From: Stylophora pistillata
Taxonomy: Eukaryota
NCBI RefSeq assembly: GCF_002571385.2
Contig: NW_019218091.1
Span: 151,963 to 215,962 of the forward strand
DNA: 64,000 nt
Direction of reading: 5' to 3'
Shown: in pieces, positions 1 to 19,800 of the stretch
Layout of the letters: each line of letters starts with the position of its first letter
How positions within the stretch are numbered: position 1 is the first letter of the stretch
Program-made: the position numbers and the translations under genes
The notes under the pieces: model-generated
Databases searched by the model: none
Told to the model about the DNA's origin: nothing
The model's input: the letters and a program-made list of their open reading frames with translations, nothing else

Positions 1-240
1 TGAGTCCTCATAAAGGTTCGAACCTCAGACTTTCGGCCTTAATTCTTGCTCTGATGATCTACAACTGATTTACAGAACGTTCGGCTCATTACTGTATTTG
101 TTTGTCACACGTGTTCTGCAGACCGCTAAGATCATCGAAATCGAAAGCGTCTTTTTAGTAAGTGGATCATGGAACAGGGTTAACTTTGAGCTTAGTAACG
201 AAATAAAGAAAGAAGTTATTTTGACTTGTCACTAACGTTT
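1..240 (-). mobile_element. Degenerate tRNA-derived SINE fragment
   Basis: tgagtcctcataaaggttcgaacctcagac resembles ctgagtccccatgaggaatcaaacctcagacc at ~52709-52740. The reverse strand gives a B-box-like GGTTCGA. Confidence 0.5.
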
Positions 241-530
241 CAACACCTTTCTACTGAAAGCGGACCCCAGATAAAGCGGTCCGAAGATTTCCGACCTATG
301 TGTTGATACATTATTCCTCCCCACCCAAACAACACTGACAAAACCACGAGATCGCTGATGTGATCTTTCCTTTACCGTGAAAGAAGTCCGCAAAAATAAA
401 CGTAAATGATTTGACACTAGACCTTGAAACCGCCTCATGTCCACGCTGATTTTAATTTACGTGATCTGTTGCAATGGCCAAGAGGCCAGAATCACGAGAA
501 GTCACTTGTGTGATCAGCAGGGTGGTACTT

Positions 531-735
531 GAGTCCTACTTTGATTGAAAGATAAAAGTGGATACTGGCGTACAAGTTGTAACCACGGATCCGAAGTAAT
601 AACTTGTGATTCAAAGTTACCCTGACGGATTCAAAGTTCGTGATAACAACTCTGGATCTATAATTTTAACTTAGGATCAGCAGTTATTACTCCTACACCG
701 ATATCCAGTTTTTTCTTTCAGATAGAATGGCACTC
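531..735. mobile_element. Old palindromic MITE
   Basis: The start gagtcctactttgattgaaagataaaagtggatactggcgta is an imperfect inverted repeat of the end tacaccgatatccagttttttctttcagatagaatggcactc. Confidence 0.55.
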
Positions 736-1057
736 GCGAACTACCGGACAATCGCCTGTAAAAAAAACAAGTCATTTTCCGGGCGACTCATCTCTCCACG
801 AAATTGATGTCCTTGGGACTAAAACTCAATGCTCTTGGTCTTTCACATTCTCCCGGTAACACAAGTATCGTCCGTCTTAGGTGACTAAGGATCTCTAATG
901 ACCTTCTAGAGGAAGTTCTTGCAGAGATTAAGTGATCGTGATTTTGCCTCCTCTGTTGCTACTGAGATAACCGGCTTTCGGAAACCGGTCGACAAGTAAG
1001 GAATTTTAAATTTCTGATCAATATAACTCTACTTTTTGGTCTCATAGAAACATTTCA

Positions 1058-1532
1058 TGTGTTGACAGTATGAGCAGGGGAGGAAGGCTTTCTGAAACTA
1101 AAACGCGGGGGATTTTCTTCTGTTTCTCTCCACTGGTTAAGTGAATAATAATAAAAAAAAGCCGTCCCAAGTCTTCTACAAAGGTATAGCGACGGAAAGT
1201 TGTCGAAGATCCAATGTGTTGACATTATGAGCAGGGGGAGGAGGCTTTCTGAAACTAAAACCCGGGGGATTTTCTTCTGTTTCCCTCCACTGGTTAAGTG
1301 AAATAAAAAAAAAAAAAAAGCCGTCCTAAATCTTCTACAAAGGTATAGCGAGGGAAAGTTGTCGAAGATCCAATGTGTTGACATTATGAGCAGGGGGGGA
1401 GGCTTTCTGAAACTAAAACGCGGAGGATTTCCTTCCGTTGCTCTCCACTGGTTAAATGAAAAGTGAAATAAAAAAAGCCGTCTTAAATCTTCTAACAAGG
1501 AGGAGGGATAGAAAGTTGTCAAAGAGCCAATG
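1058..1532. repeat. Tandem repeat, ~157-159 bp unit x3
   Basis: Units begin tgtgttgaca(g/t)tatgagcaggggg at 1058, 1215 and 1374 and are near-identical along their length. Confidence 0.9.
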
Positions 1533-2185
1533 ATTCTAAGTGTAAATTTGGATTTCCACATCCCCAATCCCCTTCTGTTTAGAACATCACTCATGTTCTG
1601 TCCCATCACCTGCGAAATTGTCATAACCCCTCCGGGATGGGGAATCTAGACTTTGACGTAAATTTTGTAGTCAGAAATATGTCCTAGCACGACTGTAAAC
1701 AACACTGATTTATATGATAGTCATTCTCTTTCCCCTTACCGGAAACTGTATAACATTACCAGTTTCCGGAAAACGTGCTTTGGGCTAAACCGGATCCCAC
1801 ACGAAGTAAAACGTCCGTACGAGTGGAAAACAAATGTGGAAAAACTGGTTAGTAAATCTGGTCCGATAACCAGAGCTAATTAACTTTTGGTGCTTATGTA
1901 ACTGTAATGAAAAATTCATCGCTGAAACAGACACAACAAATCATCTACCGTTTTAGAATTATTCCAAAAAAGCTACAACCAATCAGAACAGACGTTTTGG
2001 TTTTGTGGTTTATTCTTAGCGATAACCTCCAGGTATTAAAGAGAAAATGTATGCGCTGTATTGTATTTTCATTAGGCTTGCAGATACATACCAACACTGA
2101 TTCCTTACCAGGAATCAGTGATTTCTAAATTTAATACCTACACTGATAAAAAATTCTAAATAAAGCAGATCGAAATATCTTGTAC

Positions 2186-2348
2186 CTGTAGCGGATTCGC
2201 TTCGGTGAAATTCCATATCCAAGGCGATGAAAAAAATCCCCACGGAGCTGTGTATCCCAAAGATGGTGAACTGCACAACGAACGAAGATGCGCAGACTAA
2301 CCAGGAACGTTTAGAATCGTAGTTGAGATCCTTGAAACAGTTCGTCAT
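2186..2348 (-). CDS. Monocarboxylate transporter (SLC16/MFS) family, first coding exon; gene probably continues left of the window
   Basis: MTNCFKDLNYDSKRSWLVCASSFVVQFTIFGIHSSVGIFFIALDMEFHRSESAT matches the SLC16 TM1 pattern (D..W.V..ASF.....G.....G.F...L..EF..S...T), with a phase-1 GT donor at 2185-2184. Confidence 0.8.
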
Positions 2349-2845
2349 CTTGTACAAAAAAACATGGATGAGTGGGCTAAAAGATCCCTGCGAACCCTGC
2401 TTACGAAAAAAAAATTAGCTGCGTGATGCGAAGTTCATGTAGTTTGATTTTTCAAAATCTCTGGTTACCGTTTGATTGTAAACCGGTTTATTGAAAAGCT
2501 GGTGATAGGTTGGTTTCCTTTTGATGGGCAGTTAACGCAACCACAACAGGTACTACCTGCAAGTGAACTATGAACCATGTTCCCCGGTGCACGCGAAAAA
2601 AGAAATATTGCTTATTCATGGGAAAATATCCTGTACGGTTCGCCCTGTACCCTACCGCTGACAAGGACTTGTCAAAATCAAAACCTCAGCGTGTGGTTGA
2701 TGGTTTTCACGTAACTCGCGCAATTTCAAAATTAATGGCGTGTCAAAGTACAGAAAGTTTCCTGTTCTTGAAAAAGCAAAATGATCTAAAATACCTGAAG
2801 CTTAAGGCTTTCAGGTTCAAATAAGATTGTTGAATATGCTGGACA

Positions 2846-4281
2846 TGAGTATAACCCCGGAAAGGTGGACTAACAGCGAGATGTCAGGAAGTTTGAGATA
2901 TCCGGAACTCCCCTGCGGTTTGTTGATACAGCTGTAGCATCCCCCTCCACAGAGATTGTATTTTCTCAACCAAGCGCATTAGAGATCAACGGGAGGAGGG
3001 AGGGGAAGTTCTGCTTGGCCATCCAACTGAAAGATGTCCCCCCCTGAAAAAAGTGCTCGGGATTGCCCTATTTTTCCGTGAAATGTACGAAAACAATAGT
3101 AACAACTTAGCCAACAATTAGTATTTCCCTTAACCTCAACTAAGTGAATAAGCCATATCTACTATCTATATTTGTATGAAAGACACGCCGGAATGATCAG
3201 CCCCTTTATATTTGCTTTTGTCCCTTTGTTTGTAGTCGTATCCTTTATAAACATTATGCCATGAACCGGCAGAGGCTGTTATACGAACGGAGACGCCAGA
3301 TACAGAGCAGAGAAAGCCTCTGTGTAAGTAACAAAACACTGATGGGCGGGTGAACTTCCTAAAACGTGACGCGACAGCTTGAGACTAGAAGAGATGTGTA
3401 CTTTCTCGTAACTTGAAACCATATGCATGTACGTTTGATGAGGGGGCCAGTAATACGAGAAAGAGGCTGTCAGAGGTTTGCTTTTAGTCTAAATAGAATA
3501 ATAAGTCAGAGTTAACTTTTACCAGTCCTGTGCTTTACAAATTTTTTTGTTCTCTGCGTAGCCCTGTGCAAGAGTTCACGTTTAGTTAAAGCAGAGAATT
3601 AAACAATTACCGAGCATAGAAGTAACTCATCGGATATCGGATCCTATTGCAGCCATATCAGACTTCAGAAGAGCAAAATCATGTAACTAATTTTTTATAC
3701 GAGGAACTGTTACGAAGAAGCGTAAAAAGCTTCGTGTTACATATCTATGGTTTCAAAGTTTGTTTGTTTGTTGTTTTTTTTTTCAAACGTAATTCCTGTC
3801 TTTAATTTCAGACGAGAGGTCAAGCTAACCTTTGTCGTAAGAGCGTCCGGAAGTCAGCTCGATGGACCATGATGTTTTACAACAACAACTATCGGAAAAG
3901 GGAAAGGCCACGATGAAATATATGAAAAAGGGAAAAGGCGAAAATTGTGTCATTAGGATGTGATCGTGGGACATTTTCGTAGAAAACAAATAGTTTCATG
4001 CCACGCTTTCAGGTTAATTTGCAGGTCAGAAAACTGTTAGGTTTGAGGCTTCATTGTAAATTTTTCATCTCAGGGAGTCGTTTATGATTTGAAACAAAAC
4101 ACTTAAACGATCATTTTCCCGAATATAAAAAGCTCTCAGAGGAGAAAAAAAAAAAGACAAATGGGAACAACGATTGTTGAGGATAGAAAAGGTTGTCACA
4201 GAATACAAACAGTACACTGGGACTGGAAGATTTACGTTGGATTTTCTAAGTCGTGAATACTGTGCGCAAGTACAAAATTGA
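2846..4281 (+). pseudogene. Possible decayed multi-exon gene of unknown family
   Basis: Exon-like blocks bounded by AG/GT (~3261-3323, ~3586-3682, ~3812-3930, ~4074-4281) translate to protein-like peptides (e.g. KWEQRLLRIEKVVTEYKQYTGTGRFTLDFLSREYCAQVQN) but contain stops and frameshifts. Confidence 0.3.
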
Positions 4282-4756
4282 ACGATCAGTGCTCAATCAA
4301 TCCCTGTGAACCCCGTGTTCAATGAGCTTTCAATAGAAACTTACCAGAAGAAAATGCGACCTCCCGTCAACAAGAGCGAAAACTGAGACAGTTATCGGAC
4401 TCACCGTTGAAACTAACCGATCAATCTCTATTCTTTGATATTTGCAAACGGTGTTTTCTTTTATATAAGATACCGCAAAAACAGGTTCTGATACAAGTTG
4501 CAACATTAAAGAACATGACAGTTCCTGCCAAATATTAGTTCTTTCATGCCGAACCTACATGTAGGCACGCTGAACCCTCACCCCGAGGAGGGAGAGGGTA
4601 CGGCTACACATGCCCTCTACCACTCTGATCGATTTAGCTACCTGTTACTGTAGCAATTTATCGCTTGGGAGGGGAAGGGGCGGAATCGGAGGATTTTGGT
4701 TCGGCAAAATTCTTATTGGTTGTTAACAAGCAGTAAATTTTCTATAGCCCCCTCTT

Positions 4757-4850
4757 TTAGACTCTTTCTAGGGCCAGGGCCCCTAAGGATACCAGCCTCG
4801 CAGGTGACTGGGCCACCCGGGCTAAATAAAGTTGTCTTGTCTTGTCTTGT
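4757..4850 (+). mobile_element. 3' tail of a non-LTR retroelement
   Basis: GC-rich stem-loop, AATAAA, then a (GTCTT)n tail. Similar tails occur at 63070-63152 ((CTTA)n) and 28645-28730 ((TTC)n). Confidence 0.5.
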
Positions 4851-4895
4851 CGGCGACGGCTGATCCCCTTGAAACCCCCTAAAACCGTGCGTTCC

Positions 4896-5053
4896 CAGTG
4901 GCGGATCCAGACTATGAGCTGGGGGAGGGGACGTTTTTGTTTGTGTGTGTTCACCTGCCGGCTTTCCTTCCTTCTGCGTTTATTTATTTAATTTTTTTTT
5001 TACTCAAATTAAGGGGGGAAGGCCCCCGTTCCTCTCCTCTAGATCTGCCACTG
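4896..5053. mobile_element. hAT5-like MITE
   Basis: TIRs cagtggcggatc / gatctgccactg with a 5-bp TSD GTTCC at 4891-4895 and 5054-5058. Confidence 0.8.
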
Positions 5054-7523
5054 GTTCCCATAAAAAATCCTCGGACACTACCTCAGGTACTAGATAACAG
5101 GTGGTTCCTTATGGGGAGAGGTTCCCCCCTCCTTTCACAAGACTGTTCTGTCGAACGAATCACACGATCACGAACGGAATGAGTTCCAGTGATCGTCGTG
5201 TGACGGTCTGGAGGTCATCGTCTCGAGAAGATGACGTGATTATTAAACACACTGCCAAAATTTTTAGCTATGCTTTCGCTTCTTTTCTCCCCTTTGGATT
5301 AAAAAGGTTTCAGTAGAGGTTCTCATCGAGCCTCAGTCCGTAACATCACCTAAAAAACAGGCGTAATTTTTTGGCACTTTTTGGGAGCGAAAGTAAGCAA
5401 GTGCTTTATGTGGCGTGCAACGTGACAAGCACTTCTTACCTGGCGCGTGTCTTTCGCACTGTAGTTGTCTTGAACTTGGCTTTGCTCCCCGGAAAACGCA
5501 AAATAGCCGTATCTCTTCTTCAGAGTAAACCGGTTTCCAGCCAGGTGTAACAGCTCAGTATAGCTGGCAATCACCGTCAGAAGATTATAGAAAAGCGTTC
5601 GATGGGTGTTTTTACGAAAAGAAATTTGAAACTGTTATACTTCTCGAGGAGGATCGTTCTCTAACACTAAGTAACATACAACCGCACAAGCTGTTCGTTT
5701 CAGCTCTCGACCTCAGGAGAAACACAATCGAGAAGGGCCTGAATATGAATTATAACTGATATCACTTTAACTCTTCCTGTACATTTGTTCAAAAAATGGG
5801 GTTAGGCGAATGAAGCACTCGCGCCAAGATCACATCGTACCCTGCGAAAATACCCGGCCGGAGATCGCGGAAATCCCCGCAAGATTGCGTTGGGATCCCT
5901 GCAAAAACCCGGTCGGAATGTGGGGTGGGAATGACGTTGAGATGTCCGGGGGATCCTAGTGGCAATCTCGCCGGGGCAAGATCCCCGAGGCTTGGTTCCG
6001 ACGGGAATACGTGCAAGTGCTCCAAATAAATCATCGGCCTTATCAATATTTTGTCAGACTCAGACTTCGTCCAAATTTGAAATGCGTCAAAATCCAGGTC
6101 GTATGTTTAAAAACTTTGATTGTCGCACTTGTTTTGACGCACGATGTGCCAGGTACTAATCGGTTTCAAATGAAATCGTGGACTATAAGTTCGCCTTACT
6201 CCCGTATTAAAACGTTCAACGAGTCGTGAGCGTTCCTGCAGGGTAATACACCCAGCCAACAAAGTCATAAAATTACCAACTCAATCCCATAGCCTTCCTC
6301 AGTGGAAAAACAACAGAACGAAAAGTCGCAAGCCACGGTAGTAAAATGACGGCAGGGGTTTTAATAAAAGCCAGATCGATACCGGCGGTATTCCGTCAAC
6401 TATAGGACTTCTTAGCGCCGTTTGTTTAGCTTTCGAGCAGGCTCGATTTTAGGGTTTCGCCTGACGGCCCCTTTTCTGGACGGCAGCCGCTCATGAAAAA
6501 GTTGTTGAAATCCCAGAACAGTCCATCCTGCCCTATTATTTGGGCGCTTATCGGTCATGCCTAAGGTTACAATTAAGGTGATCGTACGATCTTGATGCAA
6601 ACTAACTCAGTAACAAACCTTGATTATTGTGCTGTTTTTTTTTTTAGCTCCGCCAAATTGCTTTTGAATGCTTAGTATTAGGAAGTTGTGAAGCACAAAC
6701 ACTTGATTCTTCTTTTCTGTGCCAATAAACATACTCTCACATCTCTTCTTCATTCCGATTTTATGCAAATTTTGTCAGGAATCACATTTGGGAACTTACA
6801 AAAAAAAAAAAAGCATCAACACAACTTCACCGAGTCTGTGCCAGTTGGTTGGTCTGCCTGTGGATTTGACTGCCTTGTCGCTCCACACGAATCGTGGACA
6901 AATTTTTTCGATGTCACTCTTTTAGGTTACAGTGCGATCCAAAATTTAATTTTTCTACAGTGGTTTTGCCGCAGAGGTGTCTGATGTTTTACATCAACTC
7001 AGTTAGGTTTACCCTATCGATGGTGTGGCAGGAACGCTTAGGAAGTACTCAGTATAGGGGTTCCCTCAGATTGCAACTCGCCGAACGTTTGCCTCTATGG
7101 AGTTATTGATTCGCTTGTTTTTTGGCTTGGGACAACCTTTTTAAATGTCTTAAATCAACGTATTTATCGTTTTATAATCGTAACTCACCGAATTGAAAAG
7201 TATTCAGTATCTCGTAGAACCTTCAGTACTTTAAACAGTTGGCTGGCCAAAGAAATTGTGACGTACGTAGGCTGATGGTCAGTTATAATTTTCAGTAGGT
7301 CGACATCTGTTGACATAGATGAATTTAAGGCCTTGGTCTCTGGGACATTTTTTGCTCAAAACTGAATATTTATGGCATATTGTTTCTGAAAACACCTACT
7401 ATGCAAAATTTCGTGAATAAATTAATCTCGTGTCATGTCTGTTTGCACACGATACGAGCAAACAAAAGGTTAAAAGTACCTCTCTAATTTACTTTTACCT
7501 GGTGGATTGTCAAACAAGTTACC

Positions 7524-7815
7524 GTATAATCAAAGTAATAACCACTCCTCTGATACCTACAACCCAGTATTGTCTTTACCCAGATCTATGATCTGCCTCG
7601 GAATCACCCGTACTACGATAAGTGTAACATTTTCCTGCGCGAAAAACTGCGTTACTTTTACTTGGCGGGTTGTCGCACGAGCTAGCGTATAATCAGATTA
7701 ATAACCACTTCTCTGATACCTACCATCCAGTTATGTCTTTAACCAAATCTATGATCTGCCCCTGAATCACCCATACCAAAATTAGTGTAACGTTTTCCTG
7801 CGCGAAAAACTGCGT
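7524..7815. repeat. Direct repeat pair, ~128 bp, period ~163 bp
   Basis: gtataatca..taataaccact.ctctgatacctac ... ttttcctgcgcgaaaaactgcgt occurs at ~7524-7652 and ~7687-7815. Confidence 0.8.
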
Positions 7816-8687
7816 AAAAAGTTTTGCGCACTGTGTCCAGCCGTTAGGGTCCTTGCGTGACACTCTCGAAAAACGATAAGTTGTTTTCGCTGTAAAAACA
7901 AATTGGTTAGTGAAACCGTAAGGAAAAAGATCGAGTACAGATGGCATTTCGGTTATACGATGTACGAATTGGAAAACAAAATGATGGTATTAGTCGTTGC
8001 AGAGGCCACTTTTCAGGCATTTCAGCTAGTCCCAATCAGTAACTTTAACAACAATTGTTTGTCACACATGTAATATCCACGATATCGATCTACACGTCTT
8101 TATCTTTTCGCTTACCGTAATAGCTGGGCTGATAAGCTCAATGCACTATTTGGACTCACTTTTTGAGCATTCCTAGGGGAGACTGGTTTTAAAATGTATC
8201 CCGTATCCTTATTAGGTTGCAACCATGGCCCCTACCACAGGTGTTTCCTTACAACTTTCAAAACATTCGGTTAAGTTCTGCACAATGGTCACTTTCCTTA
8301 GATTTAATTTTCTCTCTAATATTCCGTGGAGAATAGCTCTTAGGAAGTTTCCGGTATATTATGACTTTGATTAAATCTTCGAGAAAAGATGGGTGATCAG
8401 TTCTAATGAAAAAGAGAAAAGAAAGAAATTAATTAAAAACACAGTTAATTGCAAACACTTTCCGATGGCCAGTTCTTTTAACAACAGCCGCTTCAAAAAT
8501 GCCGAAAAATTCGGCAGTCAGTTGAAGCTTTACTTTGAATCGACGTTCCGAACATGTTTCTTTCTAGCTTGAAAATGATTTTTAGGGGTAATTCACGGGC
8601 AGCCCGAAAGACATCATTGGGGCCAGTAACGCAACGTCGGTCGTCACGCTACAAATCCGTGACAAGCAGTAAAGAGGCTCACTAAGG

Positions 8688-14604
<5,917 letters not shown>

Positions 14605-16853
14605 GCTGGTTTGACCAACAACAATATGTAGGAACAGGTCATAATAAGGTAGTTGTGGTCTGCATGGGAAGTCAGATAAGCTGGAAGAACGTTGAGGTTT
14701 GAAAATTTCCAGTAACTAGAGGGATTTTCTTGCTGGGGTAGTTTGTACAGACGCATAAGTTACCAGGTCCGAAAGTTGTGTGTGATTTTGGTCTTCAGTC
14801 GCGTGTTGGCTTCTGTGAGTTTTGTTCGGTACAACCTTCAAGGTTTCGCCGGAGAATAACTATCGACTTGAGATGTGGAACAAAAACATCTGCTATGACA
14901 AAAACCTGAAGCAGTTGAGGTTTGTTGTCGCGTGTCAGGGAAAATTTATGTTAATTAACAGGGAATACTTCTGTATTTGAAAAGTAAACGACCATGCAGG
15001 CCCAGTGTAGATTACGTGAGATGGTGAAGAAAAGTGAATAGTGTTGTTAAAGAATGAGTAGGTCGTGAACACCATGACATTTTATCGAAAACCGCTTTGA
15101 ATGATAAAGAGTAAAGCATCATTTAGTTTTAATGGACTACGAGTGACCATCAGAGGTGATGTGTAAGCTCTGTTTTAATTTTGAAACTGCTTTTCTTGCA
15201 ACACACCCGTCCACCCACAAGGAATGCACAACGGAATGTGAAATTTTTAACCATCTTGCTAGACCACTTGAAGAGCGTAGATGTTGTCGTCCTCGTTTAA
15301 TATTTTTGTTTTCTGCCCAGTCGACTTAATTAACACACTTGAATACTCTGTATTTTATATTGGTGTATAAACCTGTATTAAAGTCAGTTACTTTTAAGTA
15401 GAGCTGCTTTTTTTGTCTCCTTTTTTCAACGGTGATAAGAGCCCTCCCTCGCGTCAATCCTCGTGCGCCAAGGCAATCCGTCCCAGTTTACGCTCTTCGC
15501 GTTCCGCTCTTGACGGACTTATTTGCAACATCATAAGCAAGGCTTATGTGTGCACTGGGGTCTATTGAAATCTGTCAGCAGCTTTGGAACGATTTATTGG
15601 CGTTTGTATTCTCCATTCTTAGTCATTTTACAACACAGCTGGAGTACGTCATTGTGTTTTAAAAATATGACGAAATTTACTTCTCAATAAAGCAAATTAC
15701 CATGATTGTTTTGTAAAATCTGACCAATAGCCTTCTCCATTCCCAAAATATAATATAAGAATTGGCAAAGTTTACAAGTAAGAGCGAATGACAGGAGTAA
15801 GGGAATGTGTGACGTCATGAGAGCATTGTTGCAGTTAGCAATGGCTGGAATTATATGTTTTCGTTTGAGACATTCCGCATCAGTGACCATACGATCCAAG
15901 CATCACTTTCTGCGTGCGAAAAAGCACAGATGTGAAGGAAATGTGAAATGGGCGTGTGTTTGAAATATACTTTGTGTACATTTACAACAGTTGTTTTGGT
16001 AAGTGCGCGAAAGTTTATGAAATCACAACTACCTGCATGCAAATTTTTCAAACGTATTCGTTTCGCGACAGCGCTGTATACACACGAAGGGAAAAGCTAA
16101 CTCTATTTCATGAACTGATCTCACAGTTGCTTATTGATTTAATATGTACCAGTAGTCAAGAATAATGTGCAGAATCTGTCAATTATGCCATGCAAATTTT
16201 AATTAATTGCAAAGGAGATCTGTCGAAATCTGACTGAGTTATTTGTCCGTCGCATGACGGCTTTCAATACAGCCATGAAATAGATTTGTTAAAGTTTCCT
16301 TTAAGTCTCTACTTCGTTTGAGGTTAAGACTTATAGTAAAAGACAACGATCAAATTATTTAAAAGTTTTAGTTGGGGTTTTCCGCGAGGAAGATACACGA
16401 AGAAAAAAAAACTATTAAAAAGTACTTTCAAAACAGAGAAACTTAATTTCATTTTGTCGTGAAACAATGAGTATTTGTTTTAGCACCTTGAGAGAGTTCC
16501 GGCTGACATACTTATAGTATGAGCTATTTTAAAATCCATTCCAGAGCTACTTTGCATGATTGAGGCATTTTGCCCTTGGCCGCCTCCAGCAGAGTGACAC
16601 CCTTTATCTCTTCGACCTGGTTTGAATTACAAACAAAAATCGTCCAAGCGTTACCTAAGTGAGGTCTGGCAGCACTTCATTAGCCGAGATTTCATGGCCG
16701 AAATATTAGGAGTTCAGTAATGATATCGCTATTATTACAGCACTATGGTTTTGCGAAATAACATCGTTTTTACGGATGTTGACACAGACACCTTTCTAGA
16801 CTAGGTCATTTCGATTTGAGGTAGTATTGCTACCTTAACAACATAAAGGAATT

Positions 16854-19800
16854 ATGGTTCACATGGATAATTGTTCAGTTTGTGTGCGCTGGAGTGTCTT
16901 CGCCATGAACTGCCTGGTTTGGGTAAGTTTTGGTAAATGTGGCAAATCTTAGTTTCTCTACCAGTGACGCAAACCTCGCACAGGTAATCCTTCAACTTCG
17001 CGCAGACAGTATTGTATACGGTTCGTAGTTGCCAAGTGCACACAGCTAGACTCTCTGGCCAACGAAGCCTCACAGATCACGATTTCAAACCTGTATCGTT
17101 TTCCACAAAACCTTTCTATCGCTTCATTTCATCGTACGTTAGTGTTAAAAGACTTTCAAAGATCATTTTTATGTCAGTAAAATCTCGTCTAGAGAAAGCG
17201 ATTTTACATCGCCGTCGTGATTGTTTGTGGTAATCTGATCATGAAAGATAAACCCACGGGTTTATTTCAAATCATTTTGAAGTTAGCGCACGAGGAAAAA
17301 TCACGGATTTTTATATTAATGTCGATATTTCTATACGCAGCATGTTTTAAATGAACAACTCTCGGCTGGATTTCGAAGTTCCGACGTCAGAAAATTGTAA
17401 TTTCTCGAAGCGTTCTGTACTCAATGGCTGATTTTACCCATACCGTTGATGGGATTGTAAAATCTACGGATTTCGTGGTCAAAAAATTTTCTTGTAGATT
17501 CGATTGGGTTTCCGCGTAGTGCTCAATTTTTAAGCAAGATTTCCCACAAGCTTCGTCTAAACTGGCAAAATATCACTTTTGATATGCTTTGATAGACGTG
17601 ACTCCGTTCAATTCAACTTTGCTTGCACTCTATGGACCTTAACTCAAGCAAGGAATAGAGTCGATTAATTGTACTGGCTTCAATTTTGCTGGATAAACTG
17701 GTTTGATAAAAACATAGTTTCAATCTGATCTTCCTTGATTCTCAAACAGATTTCATTTCAGAAATTCTGTCGCCTGAGGAGCATATCTGAACACAATCCC
17801 TAGTCTATTAAAACAAAACAAAAACAAAAAATACCATTTACGCTAACAAATTAAGGAAGTTTGACTGCGTGATCTTTAAATTTATTCCATTAAATTTTAA
17901 ACCAGCCCATCTTGAATCCTTTTTTTTTTCAATTACTATCCCCATAGTATTTCTAAAACTGGCTTTTAGGGTATACAATGTAAAATCTTAAAGAGTTGGA
18001 ATGGAAGCTCTGTCATTTTGACTCGCGCATTAAATACAAAAGCGCATCAAATAAAAAATCGTCAAAGCCGTCTTAATCATCAAATTCAAAATTGGAACAG
18101 TCAGTAGCTATTTAGTTGACGTAGAAAAGCAATCAAAGTGATATGACTGTATAGGGTCGTAAGGCAAACTTTGTCCGGGGTCATTTCTGTGCAAAGGTAA
18201 AGAGACGAAAGAATGTCGCTAGTTTAATTAAGTCTAAAGGTTCCCTTTCTCATTTGGAATCTTCAATCATCCCCCTTTGCGGGAGTAATTAAGCTTTGGA
18301 GTTGCAGTCGCCGAGAAAAAAAAAAAAAATGTCAAGTTGGAGTATTTGAAAGACAGTTGCAACGTACGTACCTCAAGCTGGATCTACAAGGAAATGGTTG
18401 TTATACGAAATAGAAAAAAAAAATTACAAAAAAAAATTGGTCGCCTCGCTTCTGTCGTTTGTTTCTTTTTCTTTTGTGTGGCTTTTGGAAAAGAGGAGCA
18501 ATTAAAAACTACGACACTACGAAACATTCGAAACAAAGGGAATACAACTTCAAGTGATCGATGTTAGTTACGTTTTGAGACTTAGATCCTTGAGTTTTTT
18601 CTCTTTTCAGTTGCTTATACAAACATTTTCTCCATACAAATCCCCACACCTCTATTATCAGTAAAAACAATGTTGCGCTTGGGCATTTAGTGGTTGTAGA
18701 TGATAGAGATGTCAAGTCAATAAGCGAGTACACGACAGGAACTGTGATGGCCCAAAGCAGGCCTTCGAACCGACAGCCCTTAGCAACACAAATCGTTACT
18801 TCGCTCACCTATGCCTGAATTTCGCATAGCCGTTATGAGAACCTCTGATCACTGATGAAATATTTCCTATTTTAATGTAAAAAAGTCGGTGGATACAGAA
18901 AAGATGATATTCTTTAGGCTAGCGGGAAACATCTCTGGACTTTTTCCGTTCAGAATCCTGTTTTGCCCTAACCTAACACATAAGAGTAACTAGCCATGAT
19001 CTGATGCTACTCACACTATCAGGGGCGCAGCGTGAAACTTTGAAGGTGTACGCACAGCGCGGAAATTGGGAGCCCCGAAGGTGCCCCAAACTAGGGGGGG
19101 GGGTCTGGGGGGTATGCTCCCCCAGAAAATTGTGAAATTTCGGTTCTCGAAATTGTCATTTCCAACTATTTCCCCTGAACTTTTTTAGAAATAAACGCGA
19201 CAAAAAATTGCAGTAGTTAGTTGCTTATTTTACCCATCTGTAGAGTTTTAAAGCTAAAAGGGTGTTGGCTTCCTAAAATAACTAGAGAATTAACAAGTCA
19301 AGGAAGCCAAATAACGTCTCATGTCGTTTATGGATTGATGAAAAGGTACTGGAAAACAAACACACACGCCAATATAATTCAAAATTTAAAAATTGGTCCT
19401 ATTTCATGGTAACTGTGGCAAATGCTATAAGGGAATAAAAAATTCTTTTTTCCAGATTTCAGCTGTACGCACGGGCGTACTTGCGTATATGGACGCTAAG
19501 CCTCTGATTATCACGACTGAAACACACAGTAAGGTCATTAAATAAAGAAGCCCCTGGTTGTTAAACAAATTCTCCTCGTCTTCATCATAGGAAATGTTCA
19601 GGGAATACTATGGAGAATATGTACACTGATGTTAGTCAGGAGTGGAATAAACCCCCAAAACAACACCGCTCTCTCCAATACCCTACCCTCCATCCAGCCT
19701 CGCACTTTTTTTTACGTGTACCATTTCCCGACAATCTTTTACACGGCTTCTTACATATAGTTCTTTCCAAGCGTACCATTTTCCGACACTCTTTTGCCCG

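Noticed and set aside
1055-1624. 189-aa ORF with internal repeats
   Set aside because: It is a translation of the 158-bp tandem repeat and shows no domain signal.
8203-8210. U12-type donor GTATCCTT (also ~3238)
   Set aside because: Not at any reconstructed exon boundary; all modelled introns look like U2 GT-AG.
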